A DNA stretch of 44,428 nt from an uncultured Zetaproteobacteria bacterium (GTDB lineage: Bacteria > Pseudomonadota > Zetaproteobacteria > Mariprofundales > Mariprofundaceae). Every line of letters begins with the position of its first letter. Within the stretch, counting starts at the first letter, position 1. Location of the stretch: NCBI GenBank assembly GCA_964418535.1, contig CAYQMA010000001.1, positions 1-44,428 of the forward strand. The letters are read 5' to 3'. Under the pieces are notes generated by a model that did no database searches, was not told the origin of the DNA, and saw nothing but the letters and a program-made list of their open reading frames with translations. Both the position numbers and the translations under genes were made by a program. Below are positions 19,090-26,501 of the stretch, one piece after another.

Positions 19090-20289
19090 TCAACGTCCTG
19101 TCGTCCGGGAAGTTTCTGAAACCGGCCCGGCGGCGGAAGCGGGATTCCGGGCCACCAACCCGGCGCTTGCAACCGTCTTGCCGCCGGCGGCCTTTCCGGA
19201 TTCCTCGCGCAAAATCCGCAGCCGCTCCTGAAGCAGCAAGGCGCGCTGGAGCGACTGCACGTATTCCGCATTGTGCGGCTGGAGCGCCACGGCGCGTTTC
19301 CAGTACTTGACCGCCTTGTCCAACTCCTCCTTCTGGAAAGCCATCCGTCCCGCCTTGAAGGCCCGCGCTGCCTCCTCCTTCAATTTCTTTTCAATTACGG
19401 CCAGATAACGCTCGGCGTTCTTGCCCCCCTCGCGGCGATAGATCAGCGCATAGCGCTTGGCCTGCAGCCAGTCGCCCTTGCGCATCAATTGTTTGATACT
19501 CTTGGCCGTCACGGTTTTGGGCGGGCGGACATGCGGCGCGGGTTTCTGCTCGGCCGATACCAGCGGCGGAATCTTCAGCTCCTTGGGCAGCGCCTTGCGC
19601 ACCTGAGCCATCAACGACTCACCGCGCTTGTCGTCGGGTCGCAAACGCCGATACGATTCGGCTTCCACATAGGCCACTTCGGGATAGCCCTCGTGCAACT
19701 CGCGTCGCGCGGCTTGCCATGCCTCGCGCGCGCGATCCAGAATCCGGTTCTCCAGCTCTTCGCGCGCCCGTCGGAACGGCTCATCCTTGGGCGACAGCCC
19801 CTTGGGCACGTCAAGCTGATCCAGCATGGACAACAGATGCTCATCATCCTGGCGGCGGACGGCAATCAACCGCTCCAGACGCAGTTGGCGCATGCGCACA
19901 TCCATGTTTCGCGCCTGATTTCGAAGCGTTTCGGGTTGCGTGGAAAAACCCGCTGCCTGCTCGTACAGGAATCTGGCCTGATACCATTGGCCGGCCTGCT
20001 CGGCGCGGAGGGCGGCGGCGGTATAATGGCGCAGCAGACGCTTACGCGCCGGCTCGATTTTGCGCTTCAGCAACTTGCGTGCCTCCGCGTAATGCGGACG
20101 GGACTTGTCCATCTGCAGCACGATTTGGCGCGCTTTCATGATATCGCCCGCTTTGTAGGCCCGCAGCGCCGCATCATAACCGGACAGGAATCCGGCCACG
20201 GGCGAATGCCGGAGTGACGGGCCGCAACCGGCCAGAAGCGACAAGCAAAGCAGCGCCGCAGGAAGCCGCCAACGAAGCAAATGCGCCAC
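19090..20289 (-). CDS. Helical-repeat (TPR-like) lipoprotein of unknown function
   Basis: Lipobox 'LSLLAGC' after a basic, hydrophobic N-terminus. The remainder is Arg/Lys/Glu-rich helical repeats ('[23 protein letters not shown]'). It starts 4 nt after the cyclase stop and ends 2 nt before ispG. Confidence 0.65.
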   Translation of the reverse strand: MAHLLRWRLPAALLCLSLLAGCGPSLRHSPVAGFLSGYDAALRAYKAGDIMKARQIVLQMDKSRPHYAEARKLLKRKIEPARKRLLRHYTAAALRAEQAGQWYQARFLYEQAAGFSTQPETLRNQARNMDVRMRQLRLERLIAVRRQDDEHLLSMLDQLDVPKGLSPKDEPFRRAREELENRILDRAREAWQAARRELHEGYPEVAYVEAESYRRLRPDDKRGESLMAQVRKALPKELKIPPLVSAEQKPAPHVRPPKTVTAKSIKQLMRKGDWLQAKRYALIYRREGGKNAERYLAVIEKKLKEEAARAFKAGRMAFQKEELDKAVKYWKRAVALQPHNAEYVQSLQRALLLQERLRILREESGKAAGGKTVASAGLVARNPASAAGPVSETSRTTGR

Positions 20290-20293
20290 GGGA

Positions 20294-21754
20294 CTAATCG
20301 TCCACGCTCTGGCGCACGTCGGAAGGCAGGGTCAGATCAAAGGCCAGCGCCACGGCGTGCCGGATATTGGTCTGAATCTTCTTGTCCACGGCGCGAACGC
20401 TACCGCATTCCATGGGCTCGCTGATACCCTTGATCTCCCGCTTGCCGATGCTGTCGAACGCAAAACCATCGCCCAGCCTTTCAAACGTCCGGCGCGTCAT
20501 GACGACCTGGTTGGCCTCGCCCATGTCGCTCATCCGCGAGGCGATATTCACCGCATCGCCGATCACCGTGTATTCCAGCCGCTCGGCGGCGCCGATATTG
20601 CCCACGATGGCCGGCCCGGTGTTGATTCCCAAGCGGAAGGCCACCGGCTCGCCCGACGGACGCACAATCCCCAGCCTGGCGCACGCACCGGCCATGGCGA
20701 GCGCAGCCTTGGTCGCGTGTCTGGCATGATCCGCATCATCATGCGGATGATTGAACACGGCCATCACCGCATCGCCAATATATTTGTCCACATGACCGCC
20801 GTAATAGTCGATGATGCGATGGAACACTTCGAAATGCTGGTTGAGCACATCCACCACCTCCTCGGTGGGCAGAGACTCGGAGAACGAGGTAAACGACACC
20901 ATATCCGCAAACAGCACCGTCACTTCCTGCCGATGGTTGGGCGAGCGCACGCCGCCGCCTTCGTCGAACACCTCGGCCACCAGCTTGGGATTGAGATAAC
21001 GCCCGAAGATGTCGCGGATCTCTTCCTTGTGCTCCAATTCGGCCACCATGCGATTGAACTGACGCATGGCGTCCGTGATTTCATCGTTGCCATGGACGGA
21101 TAATCGCACGCTGTAATCGCCGTAGGCCACATGCTCGGCTGCCTCCGCCAGCTTCTCGATGGGCCGGCTCATACGTCCGGCCACCCACCAGGCAGCCACG
21201 CTGGCCAGGACAATGACCGCCAATGTCACCATCACGATCCGGGTCACCAGCCGGTTGGCCAGTTCCTTCCATGCCTGCCCGGAATAATGCACCGCAATCG
21301 CGCCCACATCGGTTCCGGAATACCGGATCTTTTTGACAAACCACAACCGACGGGAAACTTCCGGCCCGGCGGCGGACTTGAGCAACAGGGGATCATCCGC
21401 CCCCACCTGGCCGTAGCGTTGATCTTCGCCCGTCGCATAATGGACATGAACACCCAGCACGGCCGGCACCTTCTTCAGAAAGCCGGAGACAATTACGTCC
21501 ACCTCGACCTTGCTGCCGGCCAGCATGGGCAGCTTCAGCTCATCGGCCAGACGATCGACCATGATGCGCGCCTGCGCGGACTGGCTTTCCAGCCACGCCT
21601 CACGCTCCATATCCAGAATAATCAGGGAAACCAGTAGCACCGCGAGCGCCACGGCAAAACTCACGAGCATCGTCCAACGCCAGCGAATGGGAAAGCGGGG
21701 CGGCATTTCGCCCTGATCGGGGGGCTGCGTGACGACGTGCTCTGGTTCGGCCAT
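20294..21754 (-). CDS. Membrane-bound class III adenylate cyclase with a periplasmic sensor region and HAMP domain
   Basis: Two TM helices ('WTMLVSFAVALAVLLVSLIIL', 'IVMVTLAVIVLASVAAWWVA') flank a region of about 150 aa. HAMP region 'RPIEKLAEAAEHVAYGDY...AMRQFNRMV'. Cyclase motifs 'VTVLFADMVSFTSF', 'DKYIGDAVMAVF', 'RLGINTGPAIVGNIG', 'YTVIGDAVNIASRM'. A Lys/Thr pair at the substrate-specifying positions suggests ATP. Confidence 0.85.
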   Translation of the reverse strand: MAEPEHVVTQPPDQGEMPPRFPIRWRWTMLVSFAVALAVLLVSLIILDMEREAWLESQSAQARIMVDRLADELKLPMLAGSKVEVDVIVSGFLKKVPAVLGVHVHYATGEDQRYGQVGADDPLLLKSAAGPEVSRRLWFVKKIRYSGTDVGAIAVHYSGQAWKELANRLVTRIVMVTLAVIVLASVAAWWVAGRMSRPIEKLAEAAEHVAYGDYSVRLSVHGNDEITDAMRQFNRMVAELEHKEEIRDIFGRYLNPKLVAEVFDEGGGVRSPNHRQEVTVLFADMVSFTSFSESLPTEEVVDVLNQHFEVFHRIIDYYGGHVDKYIGDAVMAVFNHPHDDADHARHATKAALAMAGACARLGIVRPSGEPVAFRLGINTGPAIVGNIGAAERLEYTVIGDAVNIASRMSDMGEANQVVMTRRTFERLGDGFAFDSIGKREIKGISEPMECGSVRAVDKKIQTNIRHAVALAFDLTLPSDVRQSVDD

Positions 21755-21804
21755 GAGCCGACTCTATCGGATTCCAGACATCGGGCAATCCGCCGCGGGT
21801 GGAA

Positions 21805-22683
21805 TCATTCGCCGCCTTTTACGCGCCCCCGTCCGGCATGCTTGGCCGCATACAGCCGCTCATCCGCCCGCTGCAGCAACGATTCCATGTCGGCATCCAC
21901 ATTCTCGCTCGCATGGGCAGGATCAAACCCCGCCACGCCGGCTGAAAAGCTCACGGGCACGCGAACGCCGTCCGGCAGGTTTGCCGGCGTTGATTTCATG
22001 GCCTCCAACCAATGACTCGCCGCTTTCACGGCGCCGGCCTCATCCACATGCGGCAACAACACCAGAAACTCCTCGCCGCCCCAGCGCCCCAGGGCGTCCA
22101 CCTCCCGCATATTGGCCTTCAGCACGCGTGTCGCATGGCGCAGCACGGCATCGCCGGCCGGGTGGCCGTGGGTATCGTTGATGCGCTTGAAATGATCGAG
22201 ATCGAGCAAGACCACTGAATAAGGAAACCCATAGCGAATGGACTGTGCAAGCCCGTCGCGCAGCAGTTGCTGGATATGGCGCCGGTTGTGGACGCCGGTG
22301 AGCGGGTCATGCGTGGCCTCATGCCGCAGTCTAGCCTTGGCCTCCTTGAGGCGGTTGATGATGCGCAAAATCAAGCGCGCTTCCAGGCCGCCAATCACAC
22401 CGCCTGCGCCCAGGATGTCCGCCGCCACGTTCTCCACCATTTCGTTGCCGGTCAGATTGAAGGCCACGCAGGGAGCGCAAGCCTTCAACGCCTCCTCAAT
22501 ATCGGTAAAGGTGGCAATGCCCAGCTCGTGCGCCCGGATCATCGCCGGCGCGTCCGGATTCCGATCGGCCACGCCCACCACCTCAACCAACTCCTCGTCG
22601 CAAAGCATCTCAAAAATGGCCAGCCCGCCTTCGCCGCCGCCCAGAATCAGCACACGATGCGGATCCTCCCTCAACAGACCCAT
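21805..22683 (-). CDS. Diguanylate cyclase (GGDEF, active-site GGEEF with RxxD I-site) with an N-terminal Rossmann-like domain
   Basis: 'DPLTGVHNRR', 'LLDLDHFKRINDTHGHPAGD', 'REVDALGRWGGEEFLVLL', 'DERLYAAKHAGRG'. The N-terminus 'VLILGGGEGGLAIFEML...VEVVGVADRNPDAP' resembles a dinucleotide-binding fold. ATG at 22683 has a GGAGGG SD. Confidence 0.85.
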   Translation of the reverse strand: MGLLREDPHRVLILGGGEGGLAIFEMLCDEELVEVVGVADRNPDAPAMIRAHELGIATFTDIEEALKACAPCVAFNLTGNEMVENVAADILGAGGVIGGLEARLILRIINRLKEAKARLRHEATHDPLTGVHNRRHIQQLLRDGLAQSIRYGFPYSVVLLDLDHFKRINDTHGHPAGDAVLRHATRVLKANMREVDALGRWGGEEFLVLLPHVDEAGAVKAASHWLEAMKSTPANLPDGVRVPVSFSAGVAGFDPAHASENVDADMESLLQRADERLYAAKHAGRGRVKGGE

Positions 22684-22760
22684 GCAACCCTCCCTTCGCA
22701 CATGGCAATCCTTCCGGCTAGAGTGCGGCGCGCCGAAACGCACCGCGCAAGGAGAACGCC

Positions 22761-23054
22761 ATGCCGCATAATACGCTGGATGCCAGCCAAAAAAAGCAAT
22801 TGAAGCAACAGGCCCATCATCTGAAACCGGTGGTGCGCATCGGTCAGAAAGGGCTGACCGACGCCGTCATCGCCGAAACGGACGCCGCGCTCGAACATCA
22901 TGAACTGATCAAGGTGCACGTCGCGGCGGGCGACCGCGAGCTTCGCCGCGACGTGGCCGAACGACTGGCGCAGGCCACCCGCGCCCACCTGGTTCATCAG
23001 ATCGGCAAAGTGTTCGTGCTCTACCGTGAGCGCACGGATCCAACCCATGCCTGA
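22761..23054 (+). CDS. yhbY: Ribosome assembly RNA-binding protein YhbY (CRM domain)
   Basis: 'LKQQAHHLKPVVRIGQKGLTDAVIAETDAALEHHELIKV' is the CRS1/YhbY signature. AAGGAG SD upstream. Confidence 0.88.
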   Translation: MPHNTLDASQKKQLKQQAHHLKPVVRIGQKGLTDAVIAETDAALEHHELIKVHVAAGDRELRRDVAERLAQATRAHLVHQIGKVFVLYRERTDPTHA

Positions 23055-23322
23055 CGATACGACCGACCTGATCCGGAAGGCGCTGGAGCGGGCGTTCAAC
23101 CCCATGGAGCTGGATATCCTGGACGACTCCGCCAAACATGCCGGCCATGCCGGCGCCCGTGCACATGGCGGCGGCCATTACAGCGTGCGCATTCGGGCCG
23201 AATGCTTCCGGGGCCAGTCGCGTCTGGCCCGCCATCGCATGGTTTATGCGGCCCTTGGCGACGCCTTTCGCCACCGGATTCACGCGTTGTCCATCACCGC
23301 AGTGGCGCCCGAAGAGGACTGA
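23047..23322 (+). CDS. BolA family protein
   Basis: 'LDILDDSAKHAGHAG...HYSVRI..ECFRGQSRLARHRMVYAAL......IHALSI'. ATG at 23047 overlaps the end of yhbY. Confidence 0.85.
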   Translation: MPDDTTDLIRKALERAFNPMELDILDDSAKHAGHAGARAHGGGHYSVRIRAECFRGQSRLARHRMVYAALGDAFRHRIHALSITAVAPEED

Positions 23323-24713
23323 ACGGGCTCCGCATGCCTTGATTCCTCCTCCTTTTCACGGCGGAAGACATCGGCATATCGGGAAATCATCACCAACAAC
23401 ACCAGGGAATACACAAAAGTGGACAGCAAGACCACGCCAATCACCACAGCCTTGAACATCTCCAGATGTTCGAACGATGGTGGAATCATGGTGACCATCA
23501 CGATGGACAGACCGCCCTTGATGCCGGCAAAGGTCAGCACCCCCCACCAGCGGAAGTTTACATCGCGCATCTTGTCGGTCTGATTGGTGATGATGGCGAA
23601 CTTGGCCATCATCACGGCGCGAATCGCCGTGGTGGCCAGAAACATCACCAAAATCTCCTTCCAGTAGCGCAACAAGAGCTCCGGCCGCACGATTTCGGCC
23701 ATCGCGACAAACAGCATCGTATTTGCCACCAGCGCCAGCAATTGGATGTCTTCCTTGGTGCGGAAATGCCGCTGCTGTTCGGCCACGGTCACCTTGATCT
23801 TGGCCAGCGCCGAATCAATCAGCCGGCGTGACGGCCGTTCCTGTTCCGTTTCATGACGGAGATCTTCCTCTTCCCGGCTCAGGCGGGTTTCACCATAGTC
23901 GGCCTTCTTGGTCATCCAATGATGCAAGGTCACGGTCGCGAAGATGCAGGACAAAATGCCCGACAAGTGCATATGGCTGTGTCCGCCGAAAGCATTCAGC
24001 AGCACATAAAAATGCTCCGCCAGCGCAAAGGCGCCATAACCGATAAAAATAATAACCATCATTTCCGCAATGCGATTTTCGGTGGTCTTGAGCGCAGCCA
24101 GGCCCGCATAACCGAACAGCATGCCCAATGCCGCCGAACCGAACACCACGAAAATGCTGATTTCACCCACATACACCGCCGTGATCTCGCCGCCTTCCAG
24201 CGCATACAGGCCGATAAACACGAACACGATCAACGCCGTGGCGTCATTGAACAGGCTCTCGCCCTCACAGAGGATCTTCAGGCTGTGCGGAAGCTCGAAA
24301 CGGGAAAAGATGCTGACCACACTAACCGGATCGGTGGCCATCACCATCGCAAACAACACAATAGTCGCCGCCACCGACAGGTGGTACTGGCCAAACAGCC
24401 AGTCGCTGAGCAAAACCGCGGTCAACACCGACAAGGCCACGGTCACCACGGCCAGATAGAACAGGCTCAGGCCATGTTCCTTCAGCTCGCTCACCCGCAA
24501 TTCCATGGAATCGGAAATCAGCAGAATCGGCAGCAACAGCAAGACCAATTTGGCGAAATGTTCCGCATCGCTGGCGATGCCGATTTCCGGCGCAAAGGAA
24601 TAAAACAGATATGACAGCGCAATCAGCGACAGCGGCGAAGGAAGGCCGAAACGATCCTCAATCCGCAACGCCAGATACAGAATGGCCGAAACGGCCAGCA
24701 CGGTTTCGATCAT
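23280..24713 (-). CDS. Cation:proton antiporter (CPA1 / NhaP-type Na+/H+ exchanger) with a charged central loop
   Basis: Polytopic membrane protein; 'LFNDATALIVF' resembles the conserved CPA1 motif. A hydrophilic insert 'LSREEEDLRHETEQERPSRR...' lies mid-protein. Confidence 0.8.
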   Translation of the reverse strand: MIETVLAVSAILYLALRIEDRFGLPSPLSLIALSYLFYSFAPEIGIASDAEHFAKLVLLLLPILLISDSMELRVSELKEHGLSLFYLAVVTVALSVLTAVLLSDWLFGQYHLSVAATIVLFAMVMATDPVSVVSIFSRFELPHSLKILCEGESLFNDATALIVFVFIGLYALEGGEITAVYVGEISIFVVFGSAALGMLFGYAGLAALKTTENRIAEMMVIIFIGYGAFALAEHFYVLLNAFGGHSHMHLSGILSCIFATVTLHHWMTKKADYGETRLSREEEDLRHETEQERPSRRLIDSALAKIKVTVAEQQRHFRTKEDIQLLALVANTMLFVAMAEIVRPELLLRYWKEILVMFLATTAIRAVMMAKFAIITNQTDKMRDVNFRWWGVLTFAGIKGGLSIVMVTMIPPSFEHLEMFKAVVIGVVLLSTFVYSLVLLVMISRYADVFRREKEEESRHAEPVQSSSGATAVMDNA

Positions 24714-24798
24714 GATGTTCTCCTGGCAGGCGACGGAATCTCCGACGCACCGAAATCAGACAACTGCGAATTCAAGCAAAAAACAAGCCAATTTCACC

Positions 24799-25809
24799 TC
24801 ATGCGCCGCGAACCACCGAAATGACAAAGATCAGATACAGCAGCGCATTGCCTGTCAGCCATGCCGGCGTCAGCCGCCCGCGCCAGAGCGCCAGCCCCAC
24901 CCAGGCCGATCCCGCAAATGCCAGGGCCACCGCCAGCATTGCAAACTGATCATCCAAATGCCAGGGCATCAGCATCATTCCCATGGCGGGAATGATGGTG
25001 CCCTGAAAGACCATGGCGCCGGTAATGTTGCCAAACGCCAGCGTGTCCTTGCGTCCGAGAATCCACAGAATGGAATTCACCTTCTCCGGCAACTCGGTGG
25101 CCACGGGCACCACCAGCAAGGACACCACCAGCGCCGAAACGCCCAAAAAAGCGCTCAACTGTTGCGCTCCGTTGACAAACATCCGCGCCCCCAGAATCAA
25201 CACGATAAGCGCTAGCAGCAGCTGGATGACCGCCACCCAGGGCGCATCCGGCAGCACCTTTTCGACATACAGAGGCCGGCTCGCCTCGGTTCCGTGCCCT
25301 TCCTCCACCAAGGCGGCGCTGGCCTTGATGGTGTGCAGGACATAGAGGAAATAGAGCACCATCAACCCCATGGCTACAAACAGTCGCGTATGCGGCCAGG
25401 ACGGGAACGTTGCCGCCATCGTCACCAGCGCAAAGGAGATCAGAAACACGAAAATGTCGCGCTTCAAGCCCGTAGGCTCGGGCGTGAGCGCATCGCGCCA
25501 ACCGCGCTTTGCGGCGGCAAAGGCGCCCATCATGCCCAGGCTGAGGGTGGCCAGCATGAAAGGCGCGCCCAGAATTGCTCCCAGGCCCACTTCCTCGTTC
25601 ACGTCTTGTTCTCCGCCGCCGGCCACAATCGCCACAATGGGCACGATGGTCTCGGGCAGCGCCGTGCCGACAGCGGCAAAAATGGAACCGGTCACCCCTT
25701 CGGAGACCTTCAGCCGTTCACCCAGATATTCCAGCGCATTGGTGAACGCCTGAGCGGCCAGAAAGACCAGCACCAGGGCCATGAGGAGCATCGAAATCGA
25801 ACTCAGCAT
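24799..25809 (-). CDS. Ca2+/cation antiporter family (CaCA, YrbG-like sodium/calcium exchanger) membrane protein
   Basis: Two internal alpha-repeat regions: 'GSIFAAVGTALPETIVPIVAI' and 'VPVATELPEKVNSILW...GNITGAMVFQGTI', matching the G(S/T)SxPE-type repeats of CaCA. Confidence 0.8.
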   Translation of the reverse strand: MLSSISMLLMALVLVFLAAQAFTNALEYLGERLKVSEGVTGSIFAAVGTALPETIVPIVAIVAGGGEQDVNEEVGLGAILGAPFMLATLSLGMMGAFAAAKRGWRDALTPEPTGLKRDIFVFLISFALVTMAATFPSWPHTRLFVAMGLMVLYFLYVLHTIKASAALVEEGHGTEASRPLYVEKVLPDAPWVAVIQLLLALIVLILGARMFVNGAQQLSAFLGVSALVVSLLVVPVATELPEKVNSILWILGRKDTLAFGNITGAMVFQGTIIPAMGMMLMPWHLDDQFAMLAVALAFAGSAWVGLALWRGRLTPAWLTGNALLYLIFVISVVRGA

Positions 25810-25854
25810 GGAGCGAACCAGACTGAAAAAATGAAACGCACGGAAGGTCGGAAT

Positions 25855-26328
25855 TCAGAGACGCTGGCCGGTAATGTAATGCAGCATCGAAATATGTTTT
25901 TCGTTCATGCCGCGAATCACCCGCGCCGCATACAGCAGCATGTAAGCCACCAGCGCAAACACCAGCTCCTGCCGCGAATTCATCAGTGTTGACAGACCGT
26001 CCCGAGTGATCAGATATACGATGGAATCTTCCCTCGCCGTCACGGTGGCGCTGGCCGCTTCGTTGGTCAAAAACGTCATTTCGCCGAACAGCGCCCCTTC
26101 GCCCACCGTGGCGATATGCACCCGCTCGCCGCCGGCATCCTCGGTCTCCACATCCGCGCGCCCTGAACGAAGAATGCGCAACACGCCGCCCGGCTGCCCC
26201 TGCGTCACGATGGTTTCGCCCTTGGAAACAGTCTGGGCGGACATCACTTCCGCCAATGCCGCTTGGTCTTCCTCACTCAGCTCACGATCCAGGATTTCCC
26301 TGCCCAGCCAATCGAAATCAATCTGCAT
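25855..26328 (-). CDS. Stand-alone cyclic nucleotide-binding (CAP/CNB) domain protein with a short hydrophobic C-terminal helix
   Basis: 'GETIVTQGQPGGVLRILRSGRADV...VGEGALFGEMTFL....ASATVTA' is the beta-roll and phosphate-binding-cassette pattern. ATG at 26328 has a GGAGG SD. Confidence 0.75.
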   Translation of the reverse strand: MQIDFDWLGREILDRELSEEDQAALAEVMSAQTVSKGETIVTQGQPGGVLRILRSGRADVETEDAGGERVHIATVGEGALFGEMTFLTNEAASATVTAREDSIVYLITRDGLSTLMNSRQELVFALVAYMLLYAARVIRGMNEKHISMLHYITGQRL

Positions 26329-26424
26329 GGAGGCCTCCCCTGCCTGCGTGTCTCTACGGGGAAGATAGCCCAAGAGCCTCAAAAAGCAACCGACACAAGG
26401 GGAAGACGCCCGTCAAAAACCCGC

Positions 26425-26453
26425 TTGCCAAAAATGACGATTTGCACTATTAG
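26425..26453 (+). promoter_or_regulatory. Putative sigma70-type promoter for the lipase-fadL pair
   Basis: TTGCCA (26425-26430), a 17-nt spacer, then TATTAG (26448-26453), about 50 nt upstream of the ATG at 26502. Confidence 0.35.
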
Positions 26454-26501
26454 TCCTGAGTCAGCCAGACGATGGCCAAGCATGTTCAAAGGGAGGGAGC
26501 G

